From a virus (taxonomy: Duplodnaviria > Caudoviricetes), in the IMG/VR virus record IMGVR_UViG_3300032038_000018, positions 1 to 64,000 of that record: DNA of 64,000 nucleotides. One strand, given 5' to 3'. Below, in pieces: positions 49,181-58,657 of this stretch (within the stretch, counting starts at the first letter, position 1; each line of letters begins with the position of its first letter). A program made the position numbers and the translations under genes. The notes beneath the pieces are model-generated. The model ran no database searches and was not told where the DNA came from. It saw only the letters and a program-made list of their open reading frames with translations.

Positions 49181-51418
49181 TTATAGGTAATTAGAAAATC
49201 TGTTATTCTCTCCAGCTTCTAACTCAACGCCATATTTTTTTGCATATTTCTTGATATTCTTAGCTAATTCAGCTTCATGTTCTTTATCAACATAATTAAA
49301 GAATTTGATAGCTAATTTAACATGCTTAGCATCTGGCATTGGATATTTCTTTAAAGAAGGAATACCAAAGTCGGTCCTATCTTCTGCAGGTAATGATCCT
49401 TCTTTAGCTACTTCTTTATCAAATTCTTGTAGTCTCTTATCATTACCTATAGTATACTTAAGTCTTCTAAATGATGGATCTTGATCGGCATTCTTTTTAT
49501 CTCTTATTGTACCTTGTATATAAGATTTAGCTACAGATGTGCCTTTAATGATAAGAGGTTGACCAGATACATATTTCTTATATGCAAATCCAATCTCTTT
49601 ATCTTTATCAGCTAACTGTATGCCTTCTATTATATACAGATTCTTACTGTCTTCATGGCATATTCTGATGATTTCATCTATTACTGCATCATACAGTTTA
49701 ACATTGAAATGCCCAGAAGGATTAAATTGCTCTCTATCTTTTGCTTCTGGATATTTCTTATATACTTTAGCTAATATTCCTTTACCAGAAGAATCATAGC
49801 CATGTTCTATACCATCTATTTCAAACATATGTGCATTATACTTCTTCTCATATTCTTCAGCTAAAGTAGTTTTACCAGAACCAGACAAACCAGTTACAAA
49901 TAATATGTTATTTGGACCTGGTTCCCATTTCTCAATGTTTCTAATAGTATCTTTCTTAGATACTATCAAATTTTCAGTAGCAGGTTCTGCTTCTTCTGTA
50001 GCCGCTTTTTCGAATCCATCCAAGTGCTTTTGCATACGCATATTACATTTAATACTGCGTTTATATTCTTTAATACTATTATCAGCATCGCCATTGTTAA
50101 TATTTCTTTTAGCCGCACGTATGCTGGAAGTTAACATTGACGTGCCTTTAACTATTAAAGGTTGTCCTTTTATCAAATCAACGTACTTATATGTTGCACC
50201 ATTTTGATCAACATCCGCTCCAGCCATTTGAATGCCTTCTATTACATACAGATTATTTTTGTCTTCATGACATATTTTGACAACATATGCCATTATATCG
50301 TTATACATATCCATCGGAAAACTTGTTTTCTTAGCTTTGTAATCTGCAAATTTCTGTTTCCATGTAGGAAACTTTTTATAAATTTTTTCGAGTATACCCA
50401 TACCTGAAGAGTCATAGCCATACTCGATATTATCCAATTCAAACTTATATGCATTGTATTTTTTCGCATACTCTTCCGCAAGAGTGGTTTTACCGGATCC
50501 AGAAAATCCTGTAACAAACAAAATGTTATTAGGACCGGGTTTCCATTTTTCAAGATTGTATACGCCATCTTTCTTAGGAATAATTACATTTTCAGTAGCA
50601 GGTTCTACTTCTTCTAATGCAGCATCTATTCTAGGACTTCTACTCTGGATATATGCATTCATATTCTCCATAGCTGCATCATCTATTTCAAACTTCTTAT
50701 CGGTAAGATACTTAAAGAATTCAGTATAATCTTTATCAAGAATCTTGAAATAGTTTACACTAGGATTCTTACTCATTACTTCATCTTTAAGTTTCTCTTT
50801 TACTTTATCTACAGCTTGTATCTTATGATGCATATTCTCATCTGTCTTGATTTCTATTTCCAGATTATAGTTAGGAATATAGAAGTCTGGTATATATACA
50901 TGAGCTTTACCTTCATACATGTAGATATAATTATGAGGAGATGGTCCCATTATATCTTTAGCACTAAAGCCCATGATATGATCCATTGTATACAGGAAGT
51001 CTTTCTCATAAGAACCAACATAGTCAACATAACCGGATTTATTACTAAATTTGTAAGAGCCTGAGATGGATTTATTCTTAAGCATCTTTCTCTGCATATT
51101 GGGATCATTTAACAGATGTGCTTTACCATATTTATCAATCATTCTCTGTTTAGCTATCTTAGTATATTCTTGCTTACATTTGGGATTATTGCAAAATCTA
51201 TTATATTTACCATTAGCTTCATTCCATGTAGTATCTTTACCACATTGAATACATTTGCCATGAGTCTTACCAGTTATGCAATAATATAAGAACTGCATAT
51301 CTGTATATCCTTTAGGCTTTAATCCGGGATGGTGTACCTTAATATGTTTTGACCATCCTGGCATCGAAGAAAATTTCATGCCACATTCAGGGCATTTAAA
51401 TGTAGTTATCTTTCTCAT
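49181..51418 (-). CDS. Multidomain protein: Zn finger + PD-(D/E)XK nuclease-like + two P-loop kinase-like domains + small C-terminal domain
   Basis: CPEC..H...H; YIPDFY...EIEIK; GFSGSGKTT and GLSGSGKTT; linkers EPATEN. Confidence 0.75.
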   Translation of the reverse strand: MRKITTFKCPECGMKFSSMPGWSKHIKVHHPGLKPKGYTDMQFLYYCITGKTHGKCIQCGKDTTWNEANGKYNRFCNNPKCKQEYTKIAKQRMIDKYGKAHLLNDPNMQRKMLKNKSISGSYKFSNKSGYVDYVGSYEKDFLYTMDHIMGFSAKDIMGPSPHNYIYMYEGKAHVYIPDFYIPNYNLEIEIKTDENMHHKIQAVDKVKEKLKDEVMSKNPSVNYFKILDKDYTEFFKYLTDKKFEIDDAAMENMNAYIQSRSPRIDAALEEVEPATENVIIPKKDGVYNLEKWKPGPNNILFVTGFSGSGKTTLAEEYAKKYNAYKFELDNIEYGYDSSGMGILEKIYKKFPTWKQKFADYKAKKTSFPMDMYNDIMAYVVKICHEDKNNLYVIEGIQMAGADVDQNGATYKYVDLIKGQPLIVKGTSMLTSSIRAAKRNINNGDADNSIKEYKRSIKCNMRMQKHLDGFEKAATEEAEPATENLIVSKKDTIRNIEKWEPGPNNILFVTGLSGSGKTTLAEEYEKKYNAHMFEIDGIEHGYDSSGKGILAKVYKKYPEAKDREQFNPSGHFNVKLYDAVIDEIIRICHEDSKNLYIIEGIQLADKDKEIGFAYKKYVSGQPLIIKGTSVAKSYIQGTIRDKKNADQDPSFRRLKYTIGNDKRLQEFDKEVAKEGSLPAEDRTDFGIPSLKKYPMPDAKHVKLAIKFFNYVDKEHEAELAKNIKKYAKKYGVELEAGENNRFSNYL

Positions 51419-52740
51419 GTTGCATTACCTTGTCCTTCTTGGGTTTGATTGTTTTTCTGATTTGCATTTTTACCTTTATCGGCAGTTAATGCCTTAGGAG
51501 CATTGTATGCATATCTAATCAATAATTCACAAGATATAGCTCTTTCTTTGAGAATAGTTATATAGAAATCTATAAATGCTGTGCATTCATTCAGACCCTT
51601 AGATGTACCAACGAATACTTTATTTATAGATTTCTGTAATTCTTCATTTACGTTCTGAATACCTTCAACCTTTTTACAAATATCTTCAAATGATGTAAAT
51701 GCATTCTTTATTCCATCTCTTGCAGTATTTGCAAATTTTAAATAATTCTTATAATCTCTAATAAACGATTTTGCATTATCGAGCATTGCCATATTATTCT
51801 TGAGTAATACTTTCTTAGGTTTATTGTCATCTGCACTTGTGCCCTTTATCTGTGCATAACAATATTTCTTAACGCTAGTTGCATTAGCATCTCCTATATT
51901 CTTAGCATCAATATGAAGTTTACCCATCATTATTTCGGCAGGAGATGTTATCTTAATTGCATTAACGTCATTTGTGCTACTATCTGCAGGAGGATTTTCT
52001 GTAGTAGCATCCTCTGCGGCTTCATTGACGTTTGTTGTTTTTGTTGTTGATTCGGGATTACCATTAGCATCAACTTCTACTGTGGTTGCAGTCTTAGTAG
52101 CTTCATTCATATTGCCTTCAGATGCAAGTTTAATTGCTTCATCAATCTTGGCTTTATTAGCATTACATGCATTTGCATAATCTGTAACAGTTGCAGTTAA
52201 TGCTTTAGAGAAATCAGATATAAAGTTATCATTATATTGATAATCTGTAACTACTATATTATCATCTAACTTTCGAGTTCTCATGATACGGTCAAGCTCA
52301 GCTGCAGTATCAGCATTATCATTTAACATCTGAGACATTGATGCACCTAGATTAGCTAAATGCTCTCTGATAAACTGAGTTACTTTAGCTGCAATCTGTT
52401 TTGCAGTATTAACAACTTCTTCTTTTAATTTAGGATTGTCTTTACCTGCAGCTTGATTCTGTGTCTTCTGTTGGTCAGCAGCTTGCGCATTATTTTCAAC
52501 TCGATTTACATTATTTTCAGCACCATCTAACTGGTTTGTAACTTTTTTTACTGTTGCATTACCACCGCCACCAGTGGAAGAAGTTCCACCAGTAGTTCCG
52601 CCAGTAGAACCAGATGGTGACGATGGTGGATCACCTTCCAGTGCAAATGTATATCTTAAATCGCTTTCGTAGAATATCTCTTCGATAGCAAGGTCTCTAT
52701 CCTGATATTCTTCGTCAAGTCTTTCATAATATTTTTCCAT
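51415..52740 (-). CDS. Putative internal head (ejection) protein
   Basis: Acidic N-terminal propeptide ending in ALE; low-complexity linkers; late-type motif upstream. Confidence 0.55.
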   Translation of the reverse strand: MEKYYERLDEEYQDRDLAIEEIFYESDLRYTFALEGDPPSSPSGSTGGTTGGTSSTGGGGNATVKKVTNQLDGAENNVNRVENNAQAADQQKTQNQAAGKDNPKLKEEVVNTAKQIAAKVTQFIREHLANLGASMSQMLNDNADTAAELDRIMRTRKLDDNIVVTDYQYNDNFISDFSKALTATVTDYANACNANKAKIDEAIKLASEGNMNEATKTATTVEVDANGNPESTTKTTNVNEAAEDATTENPPADSSTNDVNAIKITSPAEIMMGKLHIDAKNIGDANATSVKKYCYAQIKGTSADDNKPKKVLLKNNMAMLDNAKSFIRDYKNYLKFANTARDGIKNAFTSFEDICKKVEGIQNVNEELQKSINKVFVGTSKGLNECTAFIDFYITILKERAISCELLIRYAYNAPKALTADKGKNANQKNNQTQEGQGNAT

Positions 52741-52849
52741 TTTATATAAACACCACGCTTTGTATTAATATAATTATATCGATGTTTTTGGGCATTTTGG
52801 ATTAGAATGATAACTATATATTATAGACACAAGAAAGGAGTGATTCTCT

Positions 52850-54958
52850 ATGATAGAGATCGAAAAGTATTTTTGTAATGTATATGACAAACTCGAAACT
52901 GGTGAATATGGAATTGAGTCTCTGGAAGAATATGAACCTGATATGGAGTTAAAGTCAAAATCGTATGTCAACTATGTTAAGACAAGTACGAAAATTTCAA
53001 CCACTGCATTGTTAAAGTTTCTGATAATCCAATTGGATTATTATACATTCTCTCTTACAGGAAATGTATTCATATCCGATAGCGATTATGATGAATGTAT
53101 GCAAGCATATTTGACATTAAATCCGGGTGCGAAATTGATTACCGAGAACCATTTTCAGCCTAAGGTAAACACTTGGCAAATCAAACAACATAGTGCTCCA
53201 CAGATGGTTGGTTCTGTAGAGAAAGTATTCAGTAAGGAAGACGTAATTAAGTTTATCCACAGTGAATGTGACAATGCATTTGGTAAATCTAATATATTCT
53301 TCTCGCCAAAGTATGATGGTGTTGGAGTATGTCTTCAGTACGATCCAGTTAAGGTAGATATTGTATCTGCATTAACTAGGAAGGACGGAACGTATGGACA
53401 AGAATTAATCAAACTAGTTAAGCGTACTAAGAATTATGATGACATTGTAAATCATGCAAGAGAAGAATTTGGCAGTAATGAAGGTTTTATCAAATGTGAG
53501 ATCGTAATGTCTCAGAAAGACTTTGAAGAACTCATAAAAGAGAAACCTTATAAGAATAGACGTAATGGTACTTCTGGAATAATTAATACTCCAGCAAATA
53601 TAGAGTATGCTAAATATCTAACGATTATTCCTCTTATATTTGGTATAAAGGGTAAGACTAAGTTTACTTATAAGTATTTGCCAAATATGGAAGAATATTC
53701 TGCATTTACATTTACCTATCCAAAATCTAATGAAGAATTTGAAGATATGGTAAGCGATTATATTCAGAATGTGCTTGATAAAACACATACATCTGAATAT
53801 GAATATAGGACAGATGGTGTAGTTATCTTTATAGACAATTGCCATTTTCAGTATCCTAATGTAATGGATCATGCAATTGCTTATAAGACAAATTCTAATG
53901 CTGCAATAACTAAGATAGTCAATGGTTATATCTCTATAGGAAGAACTGGTAAAGCAACTCCTATGGTAAAGGTAGAACCATGCGACTTGAATGAGACAGT
54001 TGTAACAGACGTTTCATTATCAAACTTTGCTAAGGTAAAGAAGCTTGGTTTAAGAGAAGGCGATACAATCCAGATAGTGTCATCCGGTGATGTTATCCCT
54101 ATGGTAAATAATATCATCAAGCATAATACTATATCTGATTTATACTTCGAGCTCAAATGTCCAATATGTGGATTTGATTTAGTGCCTTATACAACTAATG
54201 ACGGCATCACAGAATATGAATGTGACAATCCAAACTGTCCTAGACTCATAGCAGGTAAAGTAACCAATTTCCTAGAGAAGTTAGGAGCCAATGGAATCAG
54301 TGACCAAACTATTCTTAATATCTATGAAGCTCTTAACATTAGAGATATTATAGAATTCTTAGATACTAAAAAGTATAAGAGTAAGCTCAGTGAGCTTCCT
54401 GATTGGGGAGTTCAATCTGCGAATAATTTCTGTAATGAAATAGAGCGTATTAAGAGTAAGCCAATCACTCATGGTGAATTCTTAGGAGCTATGGGTATAC
54501 CCGGTATAAGTACTAAGAAGTGTAAATCATTATTCACATATGTGGATTATGATGAGTTCATGGAGTATTGTCATGCCGGAAAATATGATATAGCTGATAG
54601 AGGCCTATATGAAGTCAAAGGTTTCTCTGTTAAATCAGTAGAAACATTCATGGATTTCATAAAGCATAATATCACTATAATTGATCGACTCTCTAAGATC
54701 CTTACATTAGTAAAGGATAAGAGAAGTGAAGCTAACATAGTATTCACAGGGTTTAGAGATAAAGAAGCAGAGGAATATGTCTCTAAGAAAGGTATAGATG
54801 TTAGCGAAAATATAAACGGTCAAACTATAGCTGTAATTAGTGCCAACAAAAATAGTGGCAAAACTAAGAAAGCTATAGAAAGGAATATTCCTATATTCGA
54901 TGCGTACAGTGCACCGATAATAGAAATATGTGATTATATAATCGCCAATCTAAAGTAG
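52850..54958 (+). CDS. ligA: NAD-dependent DNA ligase
   Basis: PKYDG adenylation motif, RTDGVVI, GRTGK, GDVIP, CxxC...CxxxxC Zn finger, BRCT (VFTGFRD). Confidence 0.92.
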   Translation: MIEIEKYFCNVYDKLETGEYGIESLEEYEPDMELKSKSYVNYVKTSTKISTTALLKFLIIQLDYYTFSLTGNVFISDSDYDECMQAYLTLNPGAKLITENHFQPKVNTWQIKQHSAPQMVGSVEKVFSKEDVIKFIHSECDNAFGKSNIFFSPKYDGVGVCLQYDPVKVDIVSALTRKDGTYGQELIKLVKRTKNYDDIVNHAREEFGSNEGFIKCEIVMSQKDFEELIKEKPYKNRRNGTSGIINTPANIEYAKYLTIIPLIFGIKGKTKFTYKYLPNMEEYSAFTFTYPKSNEEFEDMVSDYIQNVLDKTHTSEYEYRTDGVVIFIDNCHFQYPNVMDHAIAYKTNSNAAITKIVNGYISIGRTGKATPMVKVEPCDLNETVVTDVSLSNFAKVKKLGLREGDTIQIVSSGDVIPMVNNIIKHNTISDLYFELKCPICGFDLVPYTTNDGITEYECDNPNCPRLIAGKVTNFLEKLGANGISDQTILNIYEALNIRDIIEFLDTKKYKSKLSELPDWGVQSANNFCNEIERIKSKPITHGEFLGAMGIPGISTKKCKSLFTYVDYDEFMEYCHAGKYDIADRGLYEVKGFSVKSVETFMDFIKHNITIIDRLSKILTLVKDKRSEANIVFTGFRDKEAEEYVSKKGIDVSENINGQTIAVISANKNSGKTKKAIERNIPIFDAYSAPIIEICDYIIANLK

Positions 54959-55038
54959 ATTATATATTATATATGTGGAGTGAATGACAAGATTTGCTCC
55001 ACATATAATAAATTTATTAACCGAAAGGAGACAATGCA

Positions 55039-56070
55039 ATGGCAGAAAACAGCAACGTTTTTCAGAAATTTGCACCCGGACAGATTTGGAACCTCAGACT
55101 GCAGCAGTGCGCTGCAACAGACGAGAAGCTTAGACCCTATTTAATACTAGGCGCCGTAAAGAGGAGATTGATCCTCATTAGGCTGACGCACGAAGGCGAA
55201 TTCAGTTCAAACTGGATATATACTATCAAGAATGATGATGGAACTTCAAGTAATTTCATCATCGATTGTCCTATAGTTGTGAATCCATGGGATATAAAAG
55301 ACCAGATAAATGCCGATGATCTCAGGATATTAAAGCGACAGGAATTTCTGGCAATAATGAAAATGTTTATTGCAATGATAATATACAATAGCACATATGA
55401 AGACATGCTGCTTACTGAATCAGCAATAGACGACATTAAAGAAGAAATATCTAGGCATGAAGAAACAATGTACAGTTTCTCGAGATATGGAACTTATAAT
55501 GACGTGACGAAAATTTCATCACCGTTTAAGATTAAAACACCAATAATGGAGGCACCGCCTATCGAAGTAAAAGAAGAAGAATCCACTGAGAATGATATCG
55601 ATAATGCAGACGTATGGGAGTGCGACAAAGAAAACAATGAAGAAATTGACACTACAGACGAAGATACTGATGACGATGATGATATAGTAAGACGTCGTTG
55701 TTATCATAGCATAAAGACAACCATGGCGTCTCTCAAAATTGAAGACATCGTCATCTTTGGTGAGGGGTCAACCACACTTGAAGATGTATACAAAGCATGC
55801 GACCAATTTGGGATCAAAAATCCCAAGTTTGAACTTAGCACTTTATGCCAGCGTAAGCGTTGTGCATATGTTGGTGGTAAGTACAATTTCACATTGAAGA
55901 TGTACTTCAATAAAGACAAGAATGCTGACAAGAGAAAGGCAAGGAACTTCAAGAAAGTTAAGAGGAACTTGATTGAAGATGTTGATAATTTTGGTGCAGC
56001 TGTAACTGCATCTATTTGGGGTACATCACCAGCTACCGTATATTATTATGCCAAAAACAGGACTAGGTAA
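55039..56070 (+). CDS. Hypothetical protein with PemK/MazF-like N-terminus and possible C-terminal HTH
   Basis: PGQIW...KLRPYLIL; C-terminal TASIWGTSPATVYYY. Confidence 0.45.
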   Translation: MAENSNVFQKFAPGQIWNLRLQQCAATDEKLRPYLILGAVKRRLILIRLTHEGEFSSNWIYTIKNDDGTSSNFIIDCPIVVNPWDIKDQINADDLRILKRQEFLAIMKMFIAMIIYNSTYEDMLLTESAIDDIKEEISRHEETMYSFSRYGTYNDVTKISSPFKIKTPIMEAPPIEVKEEESTENDIDNADVWECDKENNEEIDTTDEDTDDDDDIVRRRCYHSIKTTMASLKIEDIVIFGEGSTTLEDVYKACDQFGIKNPKFELSTLCQRKRCAYVGGKYNFTLKMYFNKDKNADKRKARNFKKVKRNLIEDVDNFGAAVTASIWGTSPATVYYYAKNRTR

Positions 56071-56081
56071 GGAGAAAAAAT

Positions 56082-56705
56082 ATGAATATAGCAATTTGCG
56101 ATAATTGCAAATCAGTTCACCCGATAGGCGACGATCACAAACCAATAAGAACATGCAATTGCGATGCAGATATTTGGGAATGCGATGAAGAAATATATCC
56201 TCTTCTCAGAATGCTTTGGGATAAAGGATACACTACCAAATTTTCATGCGCCGGACATTCTTTTTCTGAGAAATATGAAGAGGATGAATTAGCTGGTGTA
56301 TCGGATTACCCCAACTGCGATGTATACATAATGCTTGATGCTAGTAAAATCAAGATTAATGACATAACGAAATACAAATATGGAAGCGCGTTCATAGAGC
56401 GTAATTCCATAGAGAAGATATATGTAGACGCAATGAAAATGCGTGGTATCGAGTTGCCAGAAGAGTATGTATTCGATGTCGATGAACCGATATTCGTAAG
56501 CTACATTTACGATTTATATGACTCAAAGGAGGAAGCTGATAAAGAACTCGACTGGCTCAGAACAGCGCCCCCATTCGATTATCGCATAAGCGTATTATAC
56601 GAAGGGCATAACAAATGCCGTAACTATATCCAGCGCTTCATGAAACTTCTTGAAATGAGAAGTGACATGGCAAAACTGGTAGATTTGTTACCGATTAACA
56701 AGTGA
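56082..56705 (+). CDS. Hypothetical protein with CxxC and T..SC.GH motif
   Basis: DEEIYPLLRMLWDKGYTTKFSCAGH. Confidence 0.6.
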   Translation: MNIAICDNCKSVHPIGDDHKPIRTCNCDADIWECDEEIYPLLRMLWDKGYTTKFSCAGHSFSEKYEEDELAGVSDYPNCDVYIMLDASKIKINDITKYKYGSAFIERNSIEKIYVDAMKMRGIELPEEYVFDVDEPIFVSYIYDLYDSKEEADKELDWLRTAPPFDYRISVLYEGHNKCRNYIQRFMKLLEMRSDMAKLVDLLPINK

Positions 56706-56745
56706 GAAAATATCCACTCTCTTAGAGAGTGGATATTAATTTTTT

Positions 56746-56821
56746 TGGCTCCCACAGCTGGACTCGAACCAGCGACCCTTTGATTAACAGTCAAATGCTC
56801 TACCGACTGAGCTATATGGGA
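56746..56821 (-). tRNA. tRNA-Asn(GUU)
   Basis: Full cloverleaf, anticodon loop CT GTT AA, TTCGA T-loop, encoded CCA. Confidence 0.95.
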
Positions 56822-56964
56822 TTATAATGACAGTTTTTAATGTGTTTCATGATATCTCGGATAACTGTCAACCTCAACCACCTAATTTTTTAATTGGTAA
56901 GCTACCCAATATAGTGGTGCCGGTGACGGGATTCGAACCCGTAAGGATTTCTCCGAGGGATTTT

Positions 56965-57646
56965 CGTACCACTATATCTTTCGATACCTAATATAATAAA
57001 TATATTAGTTTGTGGTCTGGAATCAATCTTCGTCTGTTCTAGACGGGACATGTATATTCTCTACGCACTCACCCTAAGGTGATTGGCACGGTATTGCCAT
57101 TGGGAAAGGTTTCACCGTTTAGTGTCCATTCATCGTAAGTATCCCTACTTACATGCTCGCGCCCACCGAATTTTTCCAAAGTTTCTTCACTTCTTTTAAT
57201 CTATCTTCTAATTCATAGTAAAAGATATAATCACCACCAGCTTTAGCTGAACATGATTTGGAACAGGTTAAATACCGCGGTCTGTTTCTATTAAGATCAG
57301 CATAAAACCTAGCCCACATGTGATACGTTATTGTAAATGGCTTACCACAAATCATGCATATTTCTTCAGTGGTTTGATATCTAAGTGCATGCTCTCTTTG
57401 GTGTTCACCATGTTTAACTACTTCCAGATTTGATAAGTCATTATTAGATGGATCACCATCTATATGATGAACATCTTCATTCGGCTCTAATAGTCTGCCC
57501 AATTTCTCTTCCATTAGAATTCGAGGATATGAACCAAAATGATTTTTGCCATTTTCGTCTTTATAATAATAACGAACACGGCCGTCTTTACAATTATAAG
57601 TTCTAATATTTTTCATATTTATTATCCTCTCTGGATTTTTATTCTC
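56965..57646 (-). mobile_element. Group I intron (682 nt) in the tRNA-Leu anticodon
   Basis: 5' splice after U34, terminal G; core elements AAACGGTGAAACC, GGCAATACCGTGCCAA, GCGTAGAGAATATAC and GAAGATTGATTCC in canonical order. Confidence 0.88.
57149..57616 (-). CDS. Intron-encoded HNH homing endonuclease
   Basis: RILMEEKLGR...VHHIDGDPSNNDLSNL...H, plus CxxC...CxxxC. Confidence 0.88.
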   Translation of the reverse strand: MKNIRTYNCKDGRVRYYYKDENGKNHFGSYPRILMEEKLGRLLEPNEDVHHIDGDPSNNDLSNLEVVKHGEHQREHALRYQTTEEICMICGKPFTITYHMWARFYADLNRNRPRYLTCSKSCSAKAGGDYIFYYELEDRLKEVKKLWKNSVGASM

Positions 57647-57783
57647 AAGTCCCTTTTGTATTCCAATTCCAACACACCGGCTTATTACGCGAGTTTTGTT
57701 TCATAACATGAATGGAGTCGAACCACACAATGATGGATTTTTACCATCTTACTCGCGGGACATCCGATGCCCTCATTTTTTAA

Positions 57784-58362
57784 TTATTCATCTGTCATAG
57801 GAATTGCCCTAGTGCAAGGTCTTACTGTAGCAGATGATTTAGTAACATCTCTTACTATATCAGCAACGATCTTGTGAGCATTGCCACAGTAATCTGATGT
57901 ATCATCATTGAAGAATGTGATGATTTCTCTCTCAAATACTGCAAAATCAATCTCGGGAAGACCGGGAAGAGGCTCCTCAGATACGATTGTTGAGAACAGA
58001 GGATTACCCTCAAATGCAGTAGTCCAATCTTCTGCAGTTGCAGGAGTATCATCTGCTTCATAGTTAACGTTTATCTTAAGAGTTATGTTACCCATAGGAA
58101 CTACAGTCTTAAGAATCTTGTTAAGAGCTGCAACTTTAGCAACATCATTGGAAGTAACATTGAAAGAGTAAACACCGTTACCCTCTTCTGTGATATGATC
58201 GTCAACTGTTACGTTGGCATCATCCTTGAACAGATTCCATACTTCCTTATGATAGGTTTCCCAAGGTGCAGAAAGACCAACGGTCTCTTTCTTGTCAACC
58301 TTCTTCTTAAGGTTTCTTGCTACTGACATATTAATGCCAGTATATGACTTTCTAGTTGCCAT
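57784..58362 (-). CDS. Hypothetical protein within the tRNA cluster
   Basis: AAGGAGG RBS before ATG at 58362 (MATRKSY). Confidence 0.7.
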   Translation of the reverse strand: MATRKSYTGINMSVARNLKKKVDKKETVGLSAPWETYHKEVWNLFKDDANVTVDDHITEEGNGVYSFNVTSNDVAKVAALNKILKTVVPMGNITLKINVNYEADDTPATAEDWTTAFEGNPLFSTIVSEEPLPGLPEIDFAVFEREIITFFNDDTSDYCGNAHKIVADIVRDVTKSSATVRPCTRAIPMTDE

Positions 58363-58403
58363 GATTGTATTCCTCCTTAATAATAAATTTGTTTTTAAGG
58401 GAA

Positions 58404-58479
58404 TGGTTTCGATAGTAGGACTCGAACCTACATTACGGGTGTCAAAGGCCCGGATCCTGACCAATTGGATGATATCGAA
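58404..58479 (-). tRNA. tRNA-Gln(UUG)
   Basis: Cloverleaf, loop CT TTG AC, encoded CCA; C31:A39 mismatch. Confidence 0.85.
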
Positions 58480-58486
58480 ATCTATC

Positions 58487-58562
58487 TGGTGCGCTAGACG
58501 GGACTCGAACCCACGACCACCGGATTAAAAGTCAGGTGCTCTACCGACTGAGCTACTAGCGC
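58487..58562 (-). tRNA. tRNA-Lys(UUU)
   Basis: Cloverleaf, loop CT TTT AA, encoded CCA; U29:C41 mismatch. Confidence 0.92.
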
Positions 58563-58657
58563 ACAGGTAATAAAGAAATGTTTATGACTATATAAAAATA
58601 AATTATATATACTAAAAATGTATCAAACCACAAACAATCCCAAAAGGAGGAATTTTT

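Larger units (their letters stand above)
56915..57681 (-). tRNA. tRNA-Leu(UAA), split by a group I intron (exons 57681..57647 and 56964..56915)
   Basis: Joining GCCGGTG...AGGGACTT to AAAATCCCT...CACCGGCACCA restores loop CU UAA AA, a long variable arm and CCA. Confidence 0.9.

Noticed and set aside
58363-58464. N-terminal extension of ORF 57784..58464
   Set aside because: Overlaps tRNA-Gln; the true start is the ATG at 58362 with AAGGAGG
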